NCBI GenBank assembly: GCA_021613535.1
Contig: CP075493.1
Location: 14,322,001 to 14,386,000, forward strand
Reading direction: 5' to 3'
Length of the DNA: 64,000 nt
DNA from: Adineta vaga
Taxonomy: Eukaryota > Animalia > Rotifera
Shown: positions 25,398 to 36,915 of the stretch, one piece after another
Layout of the letters: each line of letters opens with the position of its first letter
How positions within the stretch are numbered: the first letter of the stretch is position 1
Made by a program: the position numbers and the translations under genes
Notes under the pieces: model-generated
Database searches by the model: none
What the model was told of the DNA's origin: nothing
What the model saw: only the letters and a program-made list of their open reading frames with translations

Positions 25398-25839
25398 CCG
25401 TTTAAGTTACTCTAAAATAGCTCACAAGTTTTTCAAATAGTTGCTTTTTTTAAAGACTGAATTCTATGTAAGGAGTTTCCTGTAGTGAAAGAAATCCGAT
25501 TATATTAATTCAAAATAATTAGTTAAAATCCGCATGCGTGATTTACTAGAAAATGTCGATCGTAATTAGTTATCTTCTGATGCAGTAATACCATGCAGAA
25601 TTTGATTATTGTTTGAAGATTAGTCCTGAATAAATGATATAAACGCATTATCAGTATAGTAAACCTATTCTAATCGACTTTCAGATTGAATTTAATCTGG
25701 AACTAATATCATTGATCATATTCTATCACACGCGTATGATGTTGTGATCCATTGAATTTTTTACCCATCCGTTTTCATCTAATCAAACATTGTATTGTGA
25801 AAATCCTCAAACTATGGATTCTTCCCATGTTTAACTGAT

Positions 25840-28312
25840 ATGTTCAAGTCCCTATCAATTTGTGACTACATCAACTTATGAAAAATCAAACTTTCTAAAC
25901 ACTGCAGACTATCTAGAAAGTTGTTAACAACAACGATCTTTTCACATACTTTTCACGAGAAACAAGTTCGAAGACATCATGTCATACTGAGAATCAGCGT
26001 GAAAACAAATTGTATTATTCAATTATACAATAACCTATTTTCAATAATTATAAGACGATGTAGAAATCCTGAAAAAAAGGATATACCAGCATTTCACGGA
26101 ATACACTCATTCTATTCTATATCTTCCACTATGCCTTCTACACCCTGACCATCTCCTGATCTTCACGATTCAAGGTCAAACAACGTTTCAGGTACATGCT
26201 GAACGTGTTAATCGATAATCAAATTGAAAAGCACTCTTACACTCATAATACCATAAATGACTGAAACTGAACGTTCTCTATTATGATAACATCACTCGAT
26301 CCACATAAGCCTATATCTCAATTCTTCATCACTGCAGAGATCCATCAGAAAAGCATTTTCTAAAAACTCCACCTTCATTTATTGAGTTTTGATCACTTAT
26401 TTCGGCTCTATATTTTTAGTTTATGCAGAGATAAAACACACCTCATCTATCATCACTAATGGTCGCCAAAACAATCAAACTCAGAATAACTTTATTTCAC
26501 ATATTCGTTCCCATTTACTAGTCACTTATCGTAACATTGGTTCCATATACGCGAAAATGGAAAACTATTCGAGTGCACTTGAAAATTATAACAAATCACT
26601 CGAGATTTATCAGAAGAATCTTCCTTCCAATCATCCAGACTTAGCCAGTAGTTACAACAACATCGGTTTAGTGTATTACAAGATGGGTGATCATTTGAGA
26701 GCTCTTGAAAACTACAACAAAGCACTCGAAATCAAACAAAAGTCTCTTCCTTCCGATCATTCAAGCTTAGCCAGTAGTTACAACAATATCGGTTTAGTGT
26801 ATTATGCTACGGGTGATCATTCGAGAGCTCTTGAAAACTACAACAAAGCACTAGAAATTCAACAGACGTCTCTTCCTTCCAATCATCCAGATTTAGCCAG
26901 TAGTTACAACAACATTGGTTTAGTGTATCATGCTACGGGTGAATATTCGAGAGCTCTTGAAAACTACAACAACGCACTTGAAATTGAGCAAAAGTCTCTT
27001 CCTTCCAATCATCCAGACTTAGCCGGTAGTTACAACAACATCGGTTTAGTGTGTGAAGGTACGGGTGAATATCCGAGAGCTCTTGAAAACTACAACAAAG
27101 CACTAGAAATTCAACAGACGTCTCTTCCTTCCAATCATCCAGATTTAGCCAGTAGTTACAACAACATTGATTTAGTGTATCATGCTACGGGTGAATATTC
27201 GAGAGCTCTTGAAAACTACAACAACGCACTTGAAATTGAGCAAAAGTCTCTTCCTTCCAATCATCCAGACTTAGCCAGTAGTTACAACAACATCGGTTTA
27301 GTGTGTGAAGATGGGCGATTATTCGAGAGCTCTTGAAAACTACAACAAGGCACTCGAAATTCAACAAAAATCTCTTCCTTCTGATCATCCAGCCTTAGCC
27401 ACTAGTTACAACAACATTGGTTCAGTGTATTACAAGATGGGCGATTATTCGAGAGCTCTTGAAAACTACAACAAGGCACTCGAAATTCAACAGAAGTCTC
27501 TTCCTTCCGATCATCCAGACTTAGCCGGTAGTTATAACAACATCGGTTTACTATACCATGACATGAGTGATTATTCGCGAGCTCTGGAAAACTACAACAA
27601 AGCACTCGAAATTCAACAGAAGTCTCTTCCTTCCAATCATCCAGACTTAGCTGGTAGTTACAACAACATCGGTTTAGTGTATCACAAGATGAGTGATCAT
27701 TCGAGAGCTGTTGAAAACTACAACAAAGCACTCGAAATTCAACAGAAGTCTCTTCCTTCCAATCATCCAGACTTAGCCAGTAGTTAGAACAATATCGGTG
27801 TAGTGTATCATGACATGAGTGATCATTCGAGAGCTCTCGAAAATTACAACAAAGCACTAGAAATTAAGCAAAAGTCTCTTCCTTCCAATCATCCAGACTT
27901 AGCCAGTAGTTACAACAATATCGGTGTAGTGTGTCATGACATGAGTGATCATTCGAGAGCTCTTGAAAACTACAACAAAGCACTCGAAATTAAGCAAAAG
28001 TCTCTTTCTTCCGATCATTCAAGCTTAGCCGCCACCTACAACAACATCGGTTTACTATATCATGACATGAGTGATTATTCGCGAGCTCTCAAAAACTACA
28101 ACAAAGCACTGGAAATTCAACAGACGTCTCTTCCTTCCAATCATCCAGACTTAGCCAGTAGTTACAACAACATCGGTTTACTGTATTATGATATGGGTGA
28201 TCATTCGGTAACTCTAGAATACTTCAAAAAAACAGCGGATAATAACGAGGAAATGTTTGTAAAAGATCAATTATCTCTTGTTTCTAGTGTTGAAAAAGAC
28301 GTTTCGCTGTGA
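25840..28312 (+). pseudogene. Disrupted TPR-array gene; 5' part decayed, no ART domain detectable
   Basis: Frameshift at ~27305-27311 (unit 2 nt short). TAG replaces the consensus TAC at 27785-27787. Upstream sequence holds only degenerate TPR-like remnants; 5' boundary approximate. Confidence 0.75.
26521..28230 (+). repeat. Tandem array of about 14 units of 126 bp (42-aa TPR)
   Basis: Near-identical units ...tctcttccttccaatcatccagacttagccagtagttacaacaacatcggttta...gagagctcttgaaaactacaacaaagcact... Confidence 0.95.
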
Positions 28313-28959
28313 GTTTCTTTATACGTGGAATTGGAAGCAAAGACTCTTAATAGTCAGTCACCATATCTTTGACCGGTTTCTTTAGTTTTCGTTTTACTCG
28401 TTTGATTGTTGTGGAATCTGAATAGACGCACTGTTTATTGAGATTAGTATTATATAGAAACACTAGAAAAGTTTAGCTTGTCGTTAGCTTTATTTCACTT
28501 TTTGTTTTTTTGTGAAGGATAAATTAGAAATATTGGAAAAATAAAGTAAAATATCATGTCATGAACCAATACATAGGTGTGTGAATAGGTGGAAGTTTTC
28601 GTGAAAAATGCGAAAAGCTTGAACGATAATGAATGATATCCACACTCGCTGTGTGATTTTGAAAGATATACACGGAAAGGGTATCGACGAAAGAGTGGTC
28701 ATTCTATACGATTATATAAAGACAAAAACAATTGAGTTTATACTTTCCAATTTGAATAGTCAATTTATGATCATATACAAATGTGTATGCAATATTATTT
28801 GGATGAACTGCTTGTTGTAAGTAAGATAATGCTATTGAAAGTTTAATGGTTGCGTCTTTAGACAGAATAGAACGAATTTCATCAGTGTACCACGAATATT
28901 ATTGGTCTGTTGTAGAAGAAGATTTACTGACTTTTTGACAGGTACTTTATAATATTTGT

Positions 28960-30750
28960 GATTTGAATCATAAGTAAAAGAGCTGTTGTAGTTACGACAA
29001 GGTGGAACAAACTGATTTCTGGGCGAGAAATCAGTAGAAATCACTATTTTGCGCTAAAAACGTAGGAAATGGCTTAGAAATAGTTGTAGAAAATAGGAAG
29101 TGAACAGAAACGTCTAAAATTTGTTGGAAATCAGTGATAAGCATTCAAAGTTACAGTAAAATTACTCATATTCATGTTAAAAATGAGATCTTGATTTTTG
29201 TTGATTTCCAATTAATTTTATTGACTTTTTAAGTTTCTGATAGTTTTCAAGATTTCCAGCGAATACTTTGATTTTGTGTGATTTCTTGTCGTTTCTATCA
29301 ATTTTTAACGATTTGCAATCATTTATATTGACGTTTGACGAACATAAAAATATTGATTTCTGGTCTAGAAATCGAAGGAAATCAAGAAATCAGTTTGTTC
29401 CGCCTTGCGTCGAACAAAACCAAATTTGTATTGAGTCAATGACAATCGATGAACATCTAATCTTTCAAGTAAGAGACTTTGCGTAAATGTGGACGTGTAT
29501 GAGCCTATAACGACACCAAAGATCTTTTCACTCACATTCTCAAAAAATTGTAGGCTATGCTGAAGATGCTATCGCCGACATTAACTGACGAGGATCGTCG
29601 ACGTCGTGTCTATGAGTCAATCAAGCTATTAAGATTAGAGCAATGTGCATCGACTACCATTTCAAAGATATTCAGTGGTGAACGCAAACGATTGGCATTT
29701 GCTTCCGTAGCGTTAACTGACCCATCAATCATGCTTATCGGCGAGCCCACATCTAATCTTGACTTATGTTTAGCCAAACCATTGATGTAAATTATTCGCA
29801 CATTGGCTGTCGAACGACGTCGATCAATTGTCATTGTTCTGCTCAACCAACATCGAACATGTTCGAATTTATTGAACAATTGGCTGCACCGGAAACTTCG
29901 GCAAGTGAAGAAGCTATGCAATCAGCCGAACAATTTGCAACATCATAATGTTCTACTACATTGGCAGCATCAATTATCTCTTTGTCTACTACTTCCTCGT
30001 TATCCAATTCAAATACAACAGTGCCAACTTTTTTTCGACAGATAAAATGGTTATTATGGCGTTCATTTAAAGCTAGCACACGTAATTCTATACACACGCA
30101 TAGTGCGTTAGTAAAAACCCTAATTTCATCTATCATTCTTGCTCTTCTGTATTTCAATCTACCACATGGAATGCCTTTACATGCTTACACCAATAATGTC
30201 AATGGTTTACTCTACCTGGTAATCTATATAACAGCTACGACTTGTGGACGTCTTGTATCTGGCACAATCCCAAATGATATTCTCATCTTTCTCAAAGAAA
30301 CACAACATCGTATGTATGGTGCGTTTGCTTTTTATCTCTCATAGTATTTATATACTCGTCCAATGCTTATTCATGTACCTGTTATATTCTGTACGATACC
30401 ATACTGGTGTGCTTCAATATCAGTACCCAGTCATAAATTCCTTCATTGTATAATGTTCGTGTCAACAGTAGTATCAACTAGTGGTGCTAGTGCAGCACTC
30501 GGCGCTTTTATTGCTTCAACTTCATCATCGGTTGAAAGTGCAGTGAGTACAACGGTTCCTGTTCTTCAAATATTCGTCGTTTTCTGTTTTTTGTTTTGTT
30601 AATCTACAATGTTTACCATTGACTTTGAAAGTTCTTCTGTATTTGTCGCCATTCTATTATGGTTTTTCAATGTACTTGCCTTTATTATTATATGGTATCG
30701 AACTCATCGATTTCGTCTTATCGAAAAATGGCACAAGATAAGTAGCGTAT
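28960..30750 (+). pseudogene. white/ABCG half-transporter pseudogene interrupted by the MITE
   Basis: SY[MITE]VEQNQICIESMTIDEHLIFQ|AMLKM with intron 29469-29553. Degenerate signature and Walker B in FSGERKRLAFA...GEPTSNLD. TMD fragments QIKWLLWRSF and FLKETQHRMY. Multiple stops and frameshifts; no Walker A seen. Confidence 0.85.
28998..29407. mobile_element. 410-bp non-autonomous TIR DNA element (MITE-like)
   Basis: 23-bp TIRs with one mismatch: CAAGGTGGAACAAACTGATTTCT (28998-29020) and AGAAATCAGTTTGTTCCGCCTTG (29385-29407). Repeated GAAATC/GATTTC subterminal motifs. Flanks CGA|...|CGT (imperfect 3-bp TSD). No transposase ORF. Confidence 0.85.
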
Positions 30751-31061
30751 ATTGAAAGAATTGCAAGAGAGTTCTAACAAAGAGAACAAAGAAAAAGTTG
30801 TATTATCAAATAGAAGAAGTTAATTTAATATTATTCTTTTAAAACGAATTACATTTTAGTAAACAAGATGAATAGAATAATGAATTATAAATATAAATAT
30901 GATTTAGTGCAAGTGTGAAAAATGTTTAATTAACTAAGATTTGATGATCGCTCATTTCATAGCTCTTCTCATAAACACATATCGACTTTTCCGTTGTGAA
31001 CGCAATAAGAAAAATATTTTCTCTGTCAAGATATTTACTTCGAAAAAAAAAACTTTCATAG

Positions 31062-33648
31062 TCAGAAGTGAGTCATTTTATGAGAACGTCGTCGCACCAA
31101 AATAAATAACAAGATAATCCCACCAAATAAGAGCACACCTCCAATGACAGATGGAACAATTACTGTTGCTAACGAAAGTTTATCCATTGATGAACTACAT
31201 GGCGTCTCTTGTACGATATTACTCGCACAATAGTACCACGTTTTTGTATTTACGATGGAATCACGAGTCAACTGTGCAGTCATTTGATTTTGTCGTAGTT
31301 GTGACGATGGATCACTGAGCTGTTGGCTAATACCTTGATAAAGTGTTTGTGCACTGAGAGTAGGTGTATTAAAAAGTCGAATGTAAGCAGATGCAAGTGT
31401 ACGAGCTCGACGAAAAGTTATTTCAATTTGTTGTGCACGTGCTGCAGGAAAACACTGAAGGAAAATCTGCAAGAGTGCACGTGCTGTATCATTTACACTC
31501 TGATTAATGTTATAATCATAATTTCCACTTAAAGTAAATTCAACGTATGAATCATTTAACAAAGTGACTTGTGTTTGAGTAGTAAAACTTTGTGTGCCGT
31601 TGTATGACATTGAAGTATCAGAGGTGAGAACAACTGAAGTTTGAGATATAGTAATAGTAGTAGTAGTTAATATAGAAATCTGAGTAGTTATCGATGTGTT
31701 CGGAGCACTTCGATTCATCGTTGAAATTGGCAGTACAGACGAAGTACTCAGACTCATTGTGGTGATTGATGGCATAGATGAAGTACCTATGGTTATTGTA
31801 GTAGTTGATGATACGGACGAAGAGCTTGTGATCATTGTAGAAGTAGACAACGTAGAATTTAATGTTACTGTAGTAGTAGTTGTTGATGTTGGCAGCATGG
31901 ATGTATTACTCATGGTTATTGTGGTAGTTAGCAATACAGATGAAATACTAGAGGTCATTGTAGAAGTAGACGTTAAAGTATTGGCTGGTACTGTAGTGGT
32001 TATCAACGTTGACTGTATAGGTGAGGTACTAAGAGTTGTTGTGGAGACAGTTTCCGTGGAACTCAATGTAATTGTAGTTGTTGATGGTACGAATGAGACA
32101 GTTGAAGTTATTGTAGTTGAAGACGGTGAAGGACTTGAAGTGACGATAGTGGTGCTTGATGACATAGGTGAGATGCTTGAAGTCATTGTCTGAGTCGATA
32201 ATATGTATGGTAAGCATGGCGATAACGATGGGAAGCTTGTTGTTATGGTAAATGTTGATGGTGTGGTCATAGTAAATGTCGACGGCGTTGTTATAGTGAT
32301 TGTAGTCATGGTAAAAGTTGATGGTGTCGTTAGCGTGATTGTGGTCATAGTAAAGATTGATGGCATCGTTACGGTGACTGTGGTCAAAGTGAACGTTGAC
32401 GGTATGGTTACAGTGAGTGTAGTCATGGTAAAAGTTGTTGGTATCGTTACGGTAAATGTGGTCATAGTAAAGGTCAATGGTGTTGCGACGGTGAATGTGG
32501 TCATAGTGAATGTCGATGGTGTAGTTACAGTGAATGTCGACGGTGTCGTTACAGTGATTGTAGTCATGGTAAAAGCTGATGGTGTCGTTACCGTGATTGT
32601 AGTCATAGTAAAGATTGATGGCATCGTTATCGTGACTGTAGTTACAGAAAACGTCGACGAAATGTATGTGAAGCATGGTGTCATCGTATCTGTTGGAGAT
32701 ATAGAGGATGTGCCTGGAGTATTAGTCATCGTATCCTGTTCGGTTGAACGCAGTTTAGGAACCATTATAATAGAGCTTTGCACAGCTACCGATGATTTTG
32801 CTCCTCCTATTAACATGAATACATTTTATTTTATTATAGTGAAACAAATAGTATGATCTAGTCTGATTCTATATTGATCTTCTAAAATTCTCAAGCTTTT
32901 CGGCTCTAATTCGCATAACAACAAACGTTTCCATTTTGTTTTATATTGAAACATACCGATGGTTCGTCCTTCTGCAATGTTTGAAGGGCAATTTCCGTTG
33001 TCATTATCATGAAGCAATTTTCCGCTGGCCTACAGAGAAAAGTCATCTTATTCATTCAACACATGAACACTTACATCATAAAGACAAGTTGCACTGCGAA
33101 AAGTACACAATACTGTTCCATCATTTGCGGAGACTGAATTTGTCAAAATAGCGCCTTGTGCATCCTTGCTTGGACAAACTTCCAATGATTGTGCTGTAAA
33201 CAAGAAGCCAAAATCATGCATTATTACTGTGCCAAGAAAATTTCAACAGAAAACTCACCACAGCCACCGATTCTTGTTGGGCAATAACCTTGATTATCGT
33301 CTTTCAAAATTTGTCCATTGCTCTGAAAATAAGTTTTTTTTTAAATAGGACGTCAACTTGTTGGAGACTAAATAAAAAATTACTCGATCATAGATACAAT
33401 AATAGTGTAGATTATTGTGATGATATGAGCATGCTGTTGTTTTACCATCTAGTGAATTTTCTATAAATGTCAGTAATTTTGGTGGAGAAGACGTATCGTA
33501 TTCTGCACATCGACATGCCAATGCTAAAGAAAGAAATCAACGACATCTGGAAGAAGACTGTTACAGCAACAATACACTTACTTGATTTTTTAATACAAAT
33601 GAAGAGTATATAGAAAAAAGGAAGTAAACTTGCGAACACTCCTTTCAT
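31062..33648 (-). CDS. Type I membrane mucin-like protein: signal peptide, two Cys-rich domains, Thr/Ser stalk, SEA-like domain, TM, short tail; six exons
   Basis: Exons 33648-33582, 33523-33384, 33322-33259, 33193-33075, 33029-32957 and 32806-31062; all introns GT-AG and phase-consistent. TM LATVIVPSVIGGVLLFGGIILLFILV followed by RRR. Confidence 0.82.
32230..32640 (-). repeat. Coding minisatellite of ~39-bp units (TTITVTTPSTFTM) in the mucin stalk
   Basis: About 10 degenerate 13-aa units, some shortened. Confidence 0.85.
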
Positions 33649-34351
33649 GTTTACAAACGATGAATTCAAACCCTCAAAGCAATAATTATGTGATTTTTGG
33701 CAGGTTATGCATGTGAATGCTACATTTATATACTTGATCTGCAGGAAAAAAAAGCATTAATATTTATTTAACACACTTTTATTTTTCTCATTTCTGTTCT
33801 CTTTAATAAGACGATAGAATTTAAATTAGTATGGCCTTCACCCGAAATGAGTTTGCATGCGTAACTAAATAAGGTGCGTTTGCGAACGTATATGTGAAAA
33901 CATTTCTATGAGAACAAACACTATTGATTATGTATAAAAAAAAGATTGCATTTTTTGATTGATCAACAAATAAACACAGTATAGAAAATGAATGCATCGA
34001 AAGAATTGTGTCGATTTCTGGACTTATAATTATCTCAATAGAAATTGAAGTACAAAAACCATATTGAGAGTTTACATATGAGCGTAGGTAAACATTCAAA
34101 ACAGTGTCGAGGTATTTTTCGAAGGAGATGTGCAAATAGAGATATCTCTTTTCTACTCACACATACGTTCACATATTTATATTTTCATTATTAAAAGATA
34201 TAACTATTTTTGTTCGAGACCTTTCAATATTGTTTTCATTTAAACTATTAGAATCATTCCTGATAAGAAAAAGAAGAAAAAAAGCCCAGAGTTTTCTACG
34301 TTTCACACGCATCTAGCCGAATATGATGATGGGCAATGCAACGAATGTCTA

Positions 34352-35521
34352 CTATATCAATCCTTGATAAGCAATTGGATGGATATCCTTATTTTCATCC
34401 TTTAAAAATACAATTATCCAATTTTCAATTTGCCGTGGAAATTTTACTTTAATTCGTCTTTCTGGCATCAGTTCAAGTGCTTTTGGTTCTGGCGTTTTCT
34501 TTTTATGAATCTCCAAATTGAAATAGAATTCAGTTTCATTCGAAACTTGTAATACATGATCCAAGCAAAGACGGACATAAATAATGGCTTCTCTAGTAGG
34601 TATATCGTTTGCTTCTGCCAGAGGAGCATTCAGCGTGAAATAAATATAATCGGCTACAGCCTTATGTTCATCGAGAGGAAATCCATTTTTCGAAATTTCT
34701 ATGGCTAGCTCATTTGTTGTTATATGATAAGCAACAATAACTTTTCCATCAATAACAGGCGGCAGAGGTATTTTCGGCAGTAATGTAGCAGAATGATACA
34801 AAATTGTATGAGCAAGGCCTGTTGAATCACATTGACATCCAAGTTCAGGACTTGTGATATCAAATAGTTTCACTCGCTCTGTATAAATCATATTATAAGG
34901 AACATATTTAAGAAAACCTCGAGCTCGTTGTCGAAGTCGGTCAGACTCGTTATTGAATGGTCGAAAGTTCCAAAATACATGAAAATGAAGCATCTCAATA
35001 AGTAATGCTGCCAATGAAAGAATTAAAAAGACACTTGACAGGACAGTATAAGGCACACAAATTGGATTGAATTTAGTTGCACACAATGCACCTAAAATAA
35101 AAGCTGTGAAGCGCATACAAAAACATACAACCAGAATAGCTAAGCGAGTCAGGTGAATACCAGCTGGATGTTCATGATAACATTTGCAATCGAAGCACGT
35201 TACCATACTGAATCTTAAACATGTTCGAGGATAAAGATACGTTCGAAGATAATGCTTATCTGGAACTTCTCTTGGGCATAAACTTATACAAAAATAGACG
35301 AGATTTGATAATATGAGTGGAACTGAAGCTATGCATTCGAGAATAAATATTATCGCAGAAAAAGTTGCATTTGTTTCGCGTACTGTCTTGTTAGATAAAT
35401 CGATGCAAATAACAATAAATCGAATAATAAATGTCAATAATTCAACAGCATAGAAGATCTTTAACGCACTGTATCGTTTTTCATGTCTACGACAATCATT
35501 CAAATATTTGCAGCAAGACAT
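34352..35521 (-). CDS. 4-TM protein with a degenerate Gig2/PARP-like ART domain (probable pseudoenzyme); paralog of 35660..36880
   Basis: ATG at 35521 (MSCCK). TM region aligns with the neighbour. The C-terminal AYHITT..AIEISKNGF..YIYFT..IIYVRL..QIENWII lacks the GMLGxG loop and the Glu before the last strand. Confidence 0.7.
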   Translation of the reverse strand: MSCCKYLNDCRRHEKRYSALKIFYAVELLTFIIRFIVICIDLSNKTVRETNATFSAIIFILECIASVPLILSNLVYFCISLCPREVPDKHYLRTYLYPRTCLRFSMVTCFDCKCYHEHPAGIHLTRLAILVVCFCMRFTAFILGALCATKFNPICVPYTVLSSVFLILSLAALLIEMLHFHVFWNFRPFNNESDRLRQRARGFLKYVPYNMIYTERVKLFDITSPELGCQCDSTGLAHTILYHSATLLPKIPLPPVIDGKVIVAYHITTNELAIEISKNGFPLDEHKAVADYIYFTLNAPLAEANDIPTREAIIYVRLCLDHVLQVSNETEFYFNLEIHKKKTPEPKALELMPERRIKVKFPRQIENWIIVFLKDENKDIHPIAYQGLI

Positions 35522-35659
35522 TCTTGAATACAAAATTTTCGTTTGTTTAAAATACGTGTGCAAACAAAAATGCTCTCATTTTCTCCCGTCTATGCTTTTT
35601 TTTCTCGGAATAGAAATCAATTCACTTGCATACACAACTTGTACAATTTGTTGTTGACG

Positions 35660-36880
35660 ATGAAAGAAACAACCAAGACCAATGTTGAAGTTCGTCAAGG
35701 ATGTGTTAAACTGAATGTAAGAAATGATCATCAACGATACAAATATATGGTTCGATTTCATGCTCTTGATGGACTTCTATATATTATTCGGCTGATCATT
35801 ATATGCACAGATTTATCAGCTGTATCTCTTCAAACTGAAACCACTTTAGGTATATTTTTAGGTCTAATTTTTCTTTTCGACTTTTTCGGTGGCTTTCTTA
35901 TCTTGCTTGCTAATATATTCTACAAACTCATAACATACCTTATCCCAATAATGTACGAAACAGATGCTGATGATATTTCTTATTTACCACGATATACTCT
36001 TCTGCGGTTGTCAGCATTGACATGTATCGCTTGTGGTTACTATGACGACCACCCACGAGCAGTTCTCGCCACACGGGTTATCATTCTTGTTGTATGTTAC
36101 ATTCTTCGTTTTTCAGCATTCGTTATTAGCGCAGTATGTGCCAATCGCTATCCGCCACGAGGCATCGCCTTTGCTGTTTTCGCAGGACTTTCTTTAGTTC
36201 CATCTGCAATTACTATATTTCTTGAGTATAATCATTATCGACGTCTCTGGAATTATTTCCCAGATGATGATCCAAAAGCAAAGCGTGATGAACGACACAA
36301 ACATTTCGTTCCTTCTTCACTTATAAACGATCAACGAACCAGTAGTTGGGGTGGATCATTATGTAAAAATGATAAATATTGTCGATCACGAAATTTACTT
36401 CACGTATTGATGTATCATTCTGGTTCCAAACAGTATCGTCGAGATGATGGAACAATGATCGGTTTTCATCAGACGGCTCCAAACAGTGCTATCGAAATAT
36501 CAAAAGGTGGTTTCACTATTCCGACAAAAAAAGGAATGTTAGGTGCAGGTACTTATTTCGCTACCTGCATTGATCATACTCAATTCAAAGCCGTACATTA
36601 TGGAACATATATATGTGCTTTGGTTGATCCAGGGAGCGAACTCTATGTGACAACCAGTCGAAAGGATAAAAAAGCCATAGAAGAAAATTATGGAACTACA
36701 GTATATTTTCAACATCGAAAAAACAAGGACGAGTTTTGTGTTCGTGAAGACGATCAAATCAAAGAATGGATCATGGTAGTTGATCAAGATGAAACTCGTA
36801 AAGGAGAAAATGATGGCGATCCTAAAGATACTATTAAAGATCGCTTCTATGCGGATGTTTACGTTGGATGTATTTTCTAA
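35660..36880 (+). CDS. 4-TM + PBZ-like Zn finger + Gig2/PARP-like (H-Y-E) ADP-ribosyltransferase domain protein
   Basis: Four hydrophobic helices; CKNDKYCRSRNLLHVLMYH; GFHQTAPNSAIEISKGGF...GMLGAGTYFA...YICALVDPG...DEFCVREDDQIKEWI. Alternative in-frame ATG at 35570. Confidence 0.78.
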   Translation: MKETTKTNVEVRQGCVKLNVRNDHQRYKYMVRFHALDGLLYIIRLIIICTDLSAVSLQTETTLGIFLGLIFLFDFFGGFLILLANIFYKLITYLIPIMYETDADDISYLPRYTLLRLSALTCIACGYYDDHPRAVLATRVIILVVCYILRFSAFVISAVCANRYPPRGIAFAVFAGLSLVPSAITIFLEYNHYRRLWNYFPDDDPKAKRDERHKHFVPSSLINDQRTSSWGGSLCKNDKYCRSRNLLHVLMYHSGSKQYRRDDGTMIGFHQTAPNSAIEISKGGFTIPTKKGMLGAGTYFATCIDHTQFKAVHYGTYICALVDPGSELYVTTSRKDKKAIEENYGTTVYFQHRKNKDEFCVREDDQIKEWIMVVDQDETRKGENDGDPKDTIKDRFYADVYVGCIF

Positions 36881-36915
36881 ATGCGAGATTATTAGAATTT
36901 ATTCCAAATGATCAA

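Noticed and set aside
26521-28230. Regular repeats as a CRISPR array, and Cys-rich antisense ORFs 26522..26725, 27185..27388 and 27402..27857
   Set aside because: Units are contiguous 126-bp coding TPRs with no unique spacers and no cas genes; the antisense ORFs are shadows.
28832-29486. Two short ORFs sharing SRNQFVPPC/PRNQFVPPC
   Set aside because: The shared peptide is simply the translated MITE terminal inverted repeat.
31696-32856. Val-rich + strand ORFs (165 and 217 aa) and the His/Asn-rich ORF 32029..32676
   Set aside because: Antisense and off-frame shadows of the Thr-rich mucin repeat.
35543-35563. Apparent overlap of the two divergent ORFs
   Set aside because: Artefact of TTG starts in the ORF track; the ATG starts do not overlap.
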